The position numbers and the translations under genes were made by a program. From an uncultured Thermoplasmata archaeon (GTDB lineage Archaea > Thermoplasmatota > DTKX01 > GCA-020343715): a stretch of 64,000 nt of DNA. How positions within the stretch are numbered: the first letter of the stretch is position 1; each line of letters opens with the position of its first letter. A model generated the notes under the pieces. That model saw only the letters and a program-made list of their open reading frames with translations, searched no databases and was not told the origin of the DNA. The DNA is taken from assembly GCA_964353355.1 (NCBI GenBank), contig CAYGVT010000023.1, positions 9,482 through 73,481 on the forward strand, in the 5' to 3' direction. Below, piece after piece: positions 49,421 through 57,330 of the stretch.

Positions 49421-52416
49421 GCGCGGCGCCCGACCTGGCGACGCCGGGCCGCGACCGCGGCCTGGCCGCTCGCCGCGCCGCGATGGCGATGGTCCTCATC
49501 GCCATCATGCTCCCGTCCCTGTCCCTCCTGCCCACCGCGCGTGCGGACGAGCCCCTGGTCCTCGGCACCCCCCTGCTGGTCGTCGGCGACGCGGCGCTCG
49601 ACGCCCTGTTCGCCAACGCCTCCAGCGACGGGCTCACGCCCGAGACGGCCCACGTGCTCTCCTCCTTGCACATCCGCGTGGAGGGGCGGGGGCCCGCAAT
49701 CGAGCTCAGGGACACGACGCGCCACCTCGTGATTCTCGGGTGCCGGCTCGAGGGGCCTGGCGGCGGCTCGGCGGGGCACGGCGTGCTGCTGCAGGGCTGC
49801 ACCAACGTGAGCGTGGAGGCGTGCCGCGCCTCGGGCTGGGACGCGGGCGTGATGGCCACGGGCTGCGGCCGGGTGGGCGTCGGGAACAGCACCCTCGCCG
49901 ACTGCCACGGGGACGGCCTGCGGGCGGAGGACTGCTGGAACGTCACCGTGGCGGGGAACCGCATCGAGCGGTGCCCGACCGGGATATTGGCCGTCCGCGT
50001 GCAGGGGCTCGTCGTGAGGTCCAACGACTTCTCCGACGGGAGCACCGGCCTTGAGGCGCGCTCTTGCGACGGGGCGATGGTCGACGCCAACGTCGTGTCG
50101 ACGTGCGAGCATGGGCTGCTCGTCTCCTCCTCGGACGGGGCCCGCGTCGTTCGGAACGAGGTCGCCATGTGCACCGACTACGGCGTCCGCGTCGAGGCCG
50201 GCGAGCGGTACGTGGTCGCGCGCAACAGCGCAACAGGCGCAGTGACCGGCATCTCCATCGACCAGTGCCACTCCTCCATCGTCCTCGAGAACGACGCGAC
50301 GTCCAACTACGTGGGGATGGAGCTGCTCGGCTGCACGGGATGCACCATCAGGGACAACCTGGTGTCGAAGAGCGGCGATGTTGGGTTGCGGCTGAGCGGC
50401 TCTGACGACAACGAGCTCGTGGGGAACCGCGTCCGGCTCAACATGGTGGGCATCGAGCTCAGGTCGTCGGAGGGCAACACCTTCAACGGGACGGTCCTGC
50501 GCGCGAACCACTGGAGGGCTGTCGAGGGCGACGTCGGGGACAACCGGTTCACGGGCACGGTCGAGAGCCTCAACGGCTGGCTCAGGTTCGTGCTGCTCTA
50601 CCTGCCGCCCATCGTGGCCGCGGCGGTCGCCCCGTTCCCCGTGCGCAGGTACCTGAGGAGGCGGCGCGAGGGGGCGCGGCCGCCGGGCGTTGCGGTGAGG
50701 CCCAGGTTCCCCGCCGGCCGCGCCGGGCTGTGGGCCCTGTCAGCCTACGTCATGGACGAGACCTTCTTCATCTCGCAGCTCGAGCAGGCCGGCCCGCAGC
50801 GCGAGCGCGTCATCGAGCGCTACAAGGCGGGCATCGCCTCCGCCAAGGCGCTCACGACCATGACCTCGCTCATCGTCGCCGCCATCCTGGTCATGCTCAC
50901 GTCCATCCCCATCTCGGGCCTCATGGGCGTGCTGGATGTGGATGTCACGGGGGAGAACGTGAACGACGTGCTGTTCGCCTCCTCCATCCCGCTGCTGCTC
51001 TACGGCGCGATGCTGTTCGTGGTGCTGCTCGTGTTCACGCTCACGTTCCTCGCGAGCCTCCTGCAGGGCGACGCGTTCAAGCCCCTGGGTGCGCTCCCGC
51101 TCGACAGGAGGGAGATGCGCCGCGTGACGGCATACGTGCTCCTGCGCATGTACGGGCTGCCCCTGGCCGTCGTGGTCCTGGCCTACCCGGTCATCGGCGG
51201 CGTCTTCACGGGCTCGTGGGGCTTCTTCGCCGCCGCCCTCCTGGGCAACGCGCTCAACGTCGCGACGGTCCTCGCGCTCGTCGTGTGGACGTGCGACGTC
51301 TTCGGGAGGCGCGTGTTCAGGGGGGGCTCGTCGAGGGGCTCCACCGCGCTGCGCGTGGTGGTGATGGTGGGCTACACCGTCGTCGCCTTCTCCATCTTCA
51401 TCATCATGGGGGTCGCGCTCGATACCATCGGCGGCCTTTACGCCGAGCAGAGGCTGGCTGGCGCCTCCGGCGAGGTCGTCAACGCCGCGCTCGCGCTGGT
51501 CCCCTTCGCCCTCCCCAGCTCCTACTTGACCGCGATGACCCTCGTGCCCATGGGTTCGGTCCCGCTCCCGGTCGTCGCGGCGGCCATCGCCGGCACGGCG
51601 GCGCAGGCGGCAATCGCCTACGCGCTCGTAGGGCGCGCCCGGCGCGCGCTGGGCGCGGTCGCGATGGCCGCCGAGGGCGGCGGTGGGGGTCCAGGCCAGC
51701 GCGCCACGGTCGGCGACATCGCTCTGCGCACGCGGTCGCCCGTGGCCGCGTTCGCGAGGGGGGGGCTCCTGGTCGCGTCGAGGGAGATGGGCACGCTCAT
51801 GTACCTCATCATGCCCATCGTCCTGCCCATAATGATGGTCGTGCCCTCCGCCATGGACGACCCTGCCATCGACACATCATCGGTGCTCATGGGCTACATC
51901 ATGTACACCGGCATCGGGGCCGTGCTCATCGCAGTCGCGCTCTCGACCGCGGACGCCAACCTCGGGGGCGTGCTCATGGGTCTGCCGTTCAGGACCCGTG
52001 ACCTCTACAGGGCGAAGCACGCGACCATGTCGGCGGTGCTGGCGCTCTCGCTGCTGGTCCTGCTTTCGATCAGCCTCCCGCGCGCACGGGACCCATCGCA
52101 GGTGCTCACCTACGCGGTGCCGCAGCTCGCGCTCATCCCGGCCGTGGCGTCCATCGCGCTCCTGCTCTACTCCGCGGCCTTCGGGAGGTTCAACCGCCGG
52201 TTCACCTTCTTCCTCATCGACCCGACGAACACGGTCCTCAAGTACATCTCCATCGGGGTCGTGCTGTACGGCCTCGTCATCGGGGAGGTCGTCGGGACAT
52301 GGTGGGCGGTCGGGCCCGCGGGCGTCGACCCGGCCATCGTGGTCGGCGCGCTGGTCGCGTCGAACCTCGCCCTCGCGGCCATGCTCGAGGGGGCCGCGAG
52401 GAGGATGCTGGGATAG
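49417..52416 (+). CDS. fusion protein: signal anchor + Cys-rich right-handed beta-helix (NosD/CASH-like) ectodomain + ~13-TM permease-like domain
   Basis: The GTG overlaps the ATPase stop (GGGAGGTGA). MAMVLIAIMLPSLSLLPTARA, then ~330 aa of 22-24-residue coils carrying 13 Cys, then TM helix WLRFVLLYLPPIVAAAVAPFPV, the RRYLRRRREG linker, and about 12-13 further hydrophobic helices. There is no in-frame stop between the parts. Alternative ATG start at 49483. Confidence 0.8.
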   Translation: MSAAPDLATPGRDRGLAARRAAMAMVLIAIMLPSLSLLPTARADEPLVLGTPLLVVGDAALDALFANASSDGLTPETAHVLSSLHIRVEGRGPAIELRDTTRHLVILGCRLEGPGGGSAGHGVLLQGCTNVSVEACRASGWDAGVMATGCGRVGVGNSTLADCHGDGLRAEDCWNVTVAGNRIERCPTGILAVRVQGLVVRSNDFSDGSTGLEARSCDGAMVDANVVSTCEHGLLVSSSDGARVVRNEVAMCTDYGVRVEAGERYVVARNSATGAVTGISIDQCHSSIVLENDATSNYVGMELLGCTGCTIRDNLVSKSGDVGLRLSGSDDNELVGNRVRLNMVGIELRSSEGNTFNGTVLRANHWRAVEGDVGDNRFTGTVESLNGWLRFVLLYLPPIVAAAVAPFPVRRYLRRRREGARPPGVAVRPRFPAGRAGLWALSAYVMDETFFISQLEQAGPQRERVIERYKAGIASAKALTTMTSLIVAAILVMLTSIPISGLMGVLDVDVTGENVNDVLFASSIPLLLYGAMLFVVLLVFTLTFLASLLQGDAFKPLGALPLDRREMRRVTAYVLLRMYGLPLAVVVLAYPVIGGVFTGSWGFFAAALLGNALNVATVLALVVWTCDVFGRRVFRGGSSRGSTALRVVVMVGYTVVAFSIFIIMGVALDTIGGLYAEQRLAGASGEVVNAALALVPFALPSSYLTAMTLVPMGSVPLPVVAAAIAGTAAQAAIAYALVGRARRALGAVAMAAEGGGGGPGQRATVGDIALRTRSPVAAFARGGLLVASREMGTLMYLIMPIVLPIMMVVPSAMDDPAIDTSSVLMGYIMYTGIGAVLIAVALSTADANLGGVLMGLPFRTRDLYRAKHATMSAVLALSLLVLLSISLPRARDPSQVLTYAVPQLALIPAVASIALLLYSAAFGRFNRRFTFFLIDPTNTVLKYISIGVVLYGLVIGEVVGTWWAVGPAGVDPAIVVGALVASNLALAAMLEGAARRMLG

Positions 52417-52468
52417 GCCGCCCCCGCGGGACCGAGGGCCTGCGGGATGGAGGCCATCACCCTGCGCC

Positions 52469-53233
52469 TCATGGCGGGCCTGGCCGGGAGATCTTGTAGG
52501 CCGCGGGGGCCCCGTAGACGGGCGCCGGGAGGGCGGGCTCCTCCGGGGGTGATTGGGGCTGGGCCTCGGGGACCGGGGCGACCGGGATGGGCTGCTCCGG
52601 CGGAGGCCCCGCGGGCTCCCAAACGGTCGATGGGGCCGTGGCGGGCCTCGGCGTGGCGGCACCGGGGGGAGCGGGCGCCTGGGGCGTGGGCTGCGGCCGA
52701 CCCTGCTGGTCCACGTACCGGGGCCGTCTCTTGTAGATGGCGAAGGCGATGACCGCGACCACCAGGGTGACGGCGAGGACCGCACCGCACAGGTAGATGC
52801 TGGATGTGCCCTCCTCCCACGTCACGTCGAACTCGACCAGGGAGGCATCGTCGAGCAGGTTCGGGCCGTGCTCGACGACGATGTAGTAGGTGCCCTCGTC
52901 GCTCCATGTGAAGCTGTCGTAGGCGGAATCGGTGTTGAGATGGGAGTGCGCGCTGTAGTAGGAGAACTCGTCGTACTCGGGGGAGATGTACTCGGTGTAG
53001 TCGGATTCGTCCAGGAACAGGACGTTGATGGGCGGTCCCGATAGGACGGAGACGTCGTAGAATATCGAGATGGAGATGCCGTCATAGAAGAGGATCTCCA
53101 CGACGAGGGGGTCGTCGACGGCGATGGTCCGCGTGCCCGAGCTCTCCCCCGCGAGCGCGGGCGGGGCGAGCAGCGTCACCAGCATGATAGCCGAGAGGAG
53201 GACGGGCCCCGACCGAGATGGCCTTGGGGACAT
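52469..53233 (-). CDS. type-I membrane protein (signal, beta-rich ectodomain, TM, Pro-rich cytoplasmic tail), paralog 1
   Basis: MSPRPSRSGPVLLSAIMLVTLLAPPALAG signal, GPPINVLFLDESDYTEY motif, TM helix IYLCGAVLAVTLVVAVIAFAIY, and a Pro-rich tail of ~90 aa. Confidence 0.7.
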   Translation of the reverse strand: MSPRPSRSGPVLLSAIMLVTLLAPPALAGESSGTRTIAVDDPLVVEILFYDGISISIFYDVSVLSGPPINVLFLDESDYTEYISPEYDEFSYYSAHSHLNTDSAYDSFTWSDEGTYYIVVEHGPNLLDDASLVEFDVTWEEGTSSIYLCGAVLAVTLVVAVIAFAIYKRRPRYVDQQGRPQPTPQAPAPPGAATPRPATAPSTVWEPAGPPPEQPIPVAPVPEAQPQSPPEEPALPAPVYGAPAAYKISRPGPP

Positions 53234-53252
53234 CGATTGCGTGATGGCCCTC

Positions 53253-53267
53253 GGGGATATATGCACC
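53253..53267 (-). promoter_or_regulatory. TATA-like box (leaderless geometry) for 52469..53233
   Basis: The minus strand reads ggtgcatatatcccc, centred ~27 nt upstream of ATG 53233. Confidence 0.5.
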
Positions 53268-53386
53268 TTGCGCGGGGGGGGGCGGGACGGACCGCCCGTC
53301 CATCCCCGGGTGCGCGGTGGCTGGATCAGGCTAGGGCCATCGGCACTTCCCATGCCATGTGGAGCACGGCGGGCCGGGACGCGACC

Positions 53387-54001
53387 CTAACCAGACGGTG
53401 GGGGTGGCGGGTGCTGCCCGGGCGGCGGGTCTTGCCCTGGCGGCATGGGCTGCCCTGGCGCCGCGGTCTGCGCCATCGGCGCCATGGCCCCCTTGGCCCT
53501 CCTTCGCCTGCGTCGGACGACCAGGAGGATGGGGACGACGATCAGGATGGCGATGACCACGAACACCAATACCACGCCAATGATCGCCGATGTCGACGCA
53601 TCGGTCCACTTGACGGTATAGGTGATGCTGGCGGTCTGATTCGCGGATAGGCCGTTCCCGATGACCACGTAGAAGGTGCCCTTCTTGGACCAGTACCATT
53701 CCTTATGGGCGGCCTTGGAGTCATTCGTGCAGTATTTGGTGTAGGACTCGAACCCGTTGCCGGCGCAGAGGTCGGCATAGTCGTTGTCGTCCATGAAGTA
53801 TACGTCGATCGGGGGTCCCGTGATGACCTCCATGTCGTACTCGATTCTCATGCTGGCGCCCTCACACTTGATCTCCACCCCGTGAAAGGCACCAGCCTCC
53901 AGCACCGTCGTGTTCGTCTCCTCGTTCGCCGCCGCGCACGCGGCGAGCGCCGCGAGCGCGAGCAGCGGGACGATGACCAGCAAGTACCCCCTCATCTGCA
54001 T
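53387..54001 (-). CDS. type-I membrane protein, paralog 2
   Basis: MQMRGYLLVIVPLLALAALAACAAA signal, GPPIDVYFMDDNDYADL motif, TM helix AIIGVVLVFVVIAILIVVPILLVV followed by RRRRRR, and a Pro-rich tail. Candidate starts are 54001 or 53995 (ATG), or 54013 (TTG). Confidence 0.7.
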   Translation of the reverse strand: MQMRGYLLVIVPLLALAALAACAAANEETNTTVLEAGAFHGVEIKCEGASMRIEYDMEVITGPPIDVYFMDDNDYADLCAGNGFESYTKYCTNDSKAAHKEWYWSKKGTFYVVIGNGLSANQTASITYTVKWTDASTSAIIGVVLVFVVIAILIVVPILLVVRRRRRRAKGAMAPMAQTAAPGQPMPPGQDPPPGQHPPPPPSG

Positions 54002-54040
54002 CAATCCCCCCAAGGTGTCATGGGTGTATGTCTATGGGTG

Positions 54041-54056
54041 GTATATTGCCCTTTTC
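54041..54056 (-). promoter_or_regulatory. BRE/TATA-like box for 53387..54001
   Basis: The minus strand reads gaaaagggcaatatac. Confidence 0.4.
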
Positions 54057-54703
54057 CGTGGCATCCGATGCCGCGCTGGATGTGCGGGCGATGCGTCCAT
54101 ATTTGTGGTGGCGCCTGCCCTCCCGACCTGCACGATCACCAGCCGCACCTGACGTCTAGCATGCAGTCCTCGATGGGTGCGATGCACGCGCGGCGGTAGG
54201 GGCATGGGGACGCAAGCCTGGGGTGTGGGATGCATGATAGGCGCTTCAGGGCAGTCGAGGCGATATCCCTGTCCCCTTGAATCGTCATGGATGAATGCAG
54301 GATTCCCTGGTGGAGGAGACGCGTGGGGTGGTTCGCGCCAAAAAGTGGGTGGGACAGTCCCGTAGGCCCTAGGAAGCTCCGATGTTGTGCTCACAGCAGA
54401 TTCCATGCATCATACTACACAAGGATTGACGTTTTCGTGTATCATGATGCACTTAACGAGTGGAGACGGGTACGAAGCCCGTCCCGCACACAAGGTGGTT
54501 GGCTGACATCCTGGTACTTGCGCAATCCCCCACCTCATTGTATGACGCCTTCCGAACTTCTAATCCTAGCCCAGATCATGACCCCTCTTCTCAGTGGAGC
54601 GGGCGTCTGCCTCCGGCTAGCTGGCGACCGTTGCACGGGTTTGTACCTATCATACGCCGTAATAGGGGTAGAGACCCTCGAAATAAACAAAAATGGACAT
54701 TCT

Positions 54704-54730
54704 ACCGAATTATATATATACTAATTCGGT
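54704..54730 (+). promoter_or_regulatory. perfect 9-bp inverted repeat bracketing a TATA box: candidate autoregulatory operator/promoter of the wHTH gene
   Basis: ACCGAATTA-tatatatac-TAATTCGGT. Its centre is ~26 nt upstream of ATG 54743, which is leaderless geometry. Confidence 0.55.
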
Positions 54731-54742
54731 CATTCATGCTTT

Positions 54743-55609
54743 ATGTTGCAGGAGACAATAAACGCTTCGGAATTGAGGGTGTTCGAGCTCATCCTCTCCG
54801 GACCGCTCACGGTCTCCGATATCGTCCATAGAACGGACCTCTCAATCTCGTGGGTCTCCGAGTGCCTGGCTCACTTAGAGCAGTTGTGGTTCGTGGAGAG
54901 GCGCAAGGAGGGCCTCACGGTCCGGGCCAGCCTCGCTCGCACACGCACGGCCGAGGGCCTCCGTCTGCTGATCAAGGAAAGCCCGTACCTCGCGCCATCA
55001 GAAATCCTCACAGGACATGGCCTTGTGATGCTTCCACTGCTCCTTAGGCCTGGTGCTACGCCAGCCCGGATCGGCGAGCGGACGTCCGTCTCGGCTCGGA
55101 CCGCCAGGAGGGGAATCCACCAGTGGCGGGGCATTGGGGTGGTCGTCAAGCGGACGTCTCCGTTGAGATATCTCCTCAACCCGGACCGGGTCTTCCTGGA
55201 GGCGTTCGTCAAGGACTACTCGATGGAGAGGAACCAACGGTACCTCGGGTCGATGATTCCCACGGCCGTGACGATATGGCAGTGGAGGGACGAGATCCTG
55301 TTCACGACTGACGCCGATATCGAGGAGGATGTGTTCCTCCGGGCCGGTCCGACGAGGCTCGGGGAGCTTGGATACGACATCGTGTCGACGAGGAGATGCT
55401 ATCTCCGTTCTCCCGGCCAGCCCGTTGTCTGTGAAGAGGAGGCGTTGATACAGACATTGAGGATGGATCCCGAGAATCCGAGACCGATGCGGTTCATCAG
55501 GGATGCCATCGACAGGGGGCGGGCCAAGATCGAGGTCCTCCTTGATTTCGCTAGCAAGTACGAGGTCACGGGGCTGATGAGGAAGGAAGCTGCCGACAAT
55601 GGCGAGTAG
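54743..55609 (+). CDS. winged-helix transcriptional regulator, AbiEi-like antitoxin candidate
   Basis: N-terminal wHTH (ELRVFELILSGPLTVSDIVHRTDLSISWVSECLAHLEQLWFVERRKEG), a second HTH-like segment, and a ~130-aa C-terminal domain. It overlaps the next gene by 11 nt. Confidence 0.7.
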   Translation: MLQETINASELRVFELILSGPLTVSDIVHRTDLSISWVSECLAHLEQLWFVERRKEGLTVRASLARTRTAEGLRLLIKESPYLAPSEILTGHGLVMLPLLLRPGATPARIGERTSVSARTARRGIHQWRGIGVVVKRTSPLRYLLNPDRVFLEAFVKDYSMERNQRYLGSMIPTAVTIWQWRDEILFTTDADIEEDVFLRAGPTRLGELGYDIVSTRRCYLRSPGQPVVCEEEALIQTLRMDPENPRPMRFIRDAIDRGRAKIEVLLDFASKYEVTGLMRKEAADNGE

Positions 55610-56411
55610 GAAGCAGTTCGATGGGACCGCCATCCACCGCATCCTCGAGCAGGTCTCCACCGCGTTGGATGTGAAGGTCCTTTGTTGGGTGATAGGTGGT
55701 TACACGATGATTCTGGACCGTGTCAAGACGACCACGAAGGACGTGGACATCGTGTTCGACTCGGTCGAGGACGCGACGGCCTTCGTGCGCGGCCTCGCGC
55801 GGATGGACTTCCACCAGCAGCGGGAGCTCGGAATCAGTTATCACGCGCTCGATGCGGTGACGATCATGGACGGACCAGAGGGGCTTCGCTTCGACCTGTT
55901 CGTCGGGAAGGTGTGCAAGTGCCTCGTCCTCACGGATGGCATGCGGCGAAGGGCCAAGGACATCCCCCTTCCGGGGAATCTGCGGCTCAAGGTCATCTCG
56001 CGCGAGGATGTCTTCCTGTTCAAGAGCGTCACGGAGAGGGACCAGGACCTCGCGGACATGGCGATGCTCGTCAGCCCTGCGCTGCGGTGGGACGTCATCA
56101 GGGGAGAGATCGCCGAGCAGCCCGAATCCTGGAAATGGGTCGCCAGGGTGTACTTGAAGCTTGTCGAGCTCGAGAGGTCGAAGGGAATAACCTCGCCATT
56201 GATGAGAGAGCTGGAGCCGGAGGCCGAGACCATGACGGCCATAGCCGTGCTCGTGGACCGGATGGGGCGCGGCCCCATCACCCACGCCGAGGCCAGGGAG
56301 CTGCTGGACCCCCAGAGCGACACGTTCCATCGGCACGTGCTCGAGAGGATGGTCGGGCTCGGCATCGCGCGGGAGAGGGACGGGCGATATCAGCTGGTCG
56401 AGGGGCGGTGA
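55599..56411 (+). CDS. minimal nucleotidyltransferase (DUF6036/AbiEii-MNT-like toxin candidate) with a C-terminal winged helix
   Basis: VIGGYTMILDRVKTTTKDVDIVF (G-G-x9-13-D-x-D), KVISREDVFLFKSVTERDQDLADMAML, and a C-terminal wHTH-like HVLERMVGLGIARERDGRYQLV. Confidence 0.7.
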   Translation: MASRKQFDGTAIHRILEQVSTALDVKVLCWVIGGYTMILDRVKTTTKDVDIVFDSVEDATAFVRGLARMDFHQQRELGISYHALDAVTIMDGPEGLRFDLFVGKVCKCLVLTDGMRRRAKDIPLPGNLRLKVISREDVFLFKSVTERDQDLADMAMLVSPALRWDVIRGEIAEQPESWKWVARVYLKLVELERSKGITSPLMRELEPEAETMTAIAVLVDRMGRGPITHAEARELLDPQSDTFHRHVLERMVGLGIARERDGRYQLVEGR

Positions 56412-56484
56412 GCGTCGGCGGGGAGCGGTCGCTCGGACCTGGGAGGTCCACCGGACGGTCGCCCGACCAATGCCCGGGTGATTC

Positions 56485-57285
56485 CTATCGTCCCTTCTTC
56501 CCCTTCCGCCTTCCCGTCCTCGCCACCTTGCGCCTGCCCTTCGGGGTCTTGGGCGGGGGCCTCGGCGCCTTCATGGCCGCCACCGCCGCGGCGTACTCCT
56601 CGTTCTCATCCCTCATGAACGTCTCCCGGTCGACGAGGGGCCTGCGCACCGCCTCGAGCACCTCGGGGGCCATGTACCCCCTCTCGACGAGCTGCCGGCC
56701 CGCGCGGCGGGCCGCCCTCAGCACCTCCTTGCCGTCCTCCGTGAGCGCGCCTTTGTCCTTCAGGCAGGAGGCGTGCGGCCTCAGCACGGCGCCCGAGAAC
56801 TCGAGCCCCACGTCCTTGCACAGCTCGGTCATCACGTGGATGACGGTGCCGAAGTTGTCGAGCTCCCACCAGCCCGAGACGCCCACGAGCACGAACCTCT
56901 TCGTCCTTACGTCGCTGTGGAACCGGGCCCGGGTCCGCCCCTCCTTGGTCTCCACCATGCACTGGATGAGGGGCATGAGGCGGTTGAGGAGGTTCGTGAG
57001 GGCGCCTGGGAGCGGGACGAAGACGGGCGTCCCCACCACCCAGACGTCGGCCTCGCGCAGCCGGGGGTAGAGCGACTGCATGTCGTCGCGGATGTGGCAC
57101 CGGCCGACGGTGTTGAACCAGCACGCGAAGTCCCCCACGCAGGGCCCTATGTCGAGCTCGCTGGCGTAGACCTGGTCGACGTCGGCGCCCGCCTCGACCA
57201 TGCCGTCGATGAACGCGTCGAGCACGAGCGCGGTGTTCCCCTTCCCCATGCGCGGGCTGCCGTTTATGGCGAGGACCTTGGTCAT
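56485..57285 (-). CDS. NADPH-dependent FMN reductase / iron-sulfur flavoprotein-like protein with a basic C-terminal tail
   Basis: MTKVLAINGSPRMGKGNTALVLDAFIDGM flavodoxin-like N-terminus and a Cys cluster region GPCVGDFACWFNTVGRCH. It ends PKGRRKVARTGRRKGKKGR. Confidence 0.8.
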   Translation of the reverse strand: MTKVLAINGSPRMGKGNTALVLDAFIDGMVEAGADVDQVYASELDIGPCVGDFACWFNTVGRCHIRDDMQSLYPRLREADVWVVGTPVFVPLPGALTNLLNRLMPLIQCMVETKEGRTRARFHSDVRTKRFVLVGVSGWWELDNFGTVIHVMTELCKDVGLEFSGAVLRPHASCLKDKGALTEDGKEVLRAARRAGRQLVERGYMAPEVLEAVRRPLVDRETFMRDENEEYAAAVAAMKAPRPPPKTPKGRRKVARTGRRKGKKGR

Positions 57286-57314
57286 GCGACATCCCCCGTT
57301 GAATATGAGCGGGA

Positions 57315-57330
57315 GGGCTAGATAAAGGCG
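57315..57330 (-). promoter_or_regulatory. BRE/TATA-like box for the flavoprotein gene
   Basis: The minus strand reads cgcctttatctagccc, ~37 nt upstream of ATG 57285. This supports the internal start over the 57405 track start. Confidence 0.45.

Noticed and set aside
46536-52416. Interpreting the region as a nitrous-oxide reductase (nos) gene cluster
   Set aside because: No NosZ, NosL, NosR or NosX-like ORF is present. The beta-helix and ATPase similarity is at family level only, and YgbA is a historical name. It is recorded as a low-interest association instead.
54287-54724. 145-aa plus-strand and 124-aa minus-strand ORFs in the non-coding stretch
   Set aside because: There is no coding-like third-position bias by eye. 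The composition is odd (Trp/Arg/Cys-rich), there are no motifs, and no promoter or ribosome-binding context is apparent.
54060-54742. Possible tRNA gene or tRNA-derived attachment site in the long non-coding stretch (hairpin gacggg-tacgaag-cccgtc at 54465..54483)
   Set aside because: The 7-nt loop does not match the T-loop consensus (TTCRANN). I could not assemble acceptor, D and anticodon arms around it on either strand. No flanking direct repeat or integrase was seen. tRNAscan-SE/Infernal would be needed to settle it.
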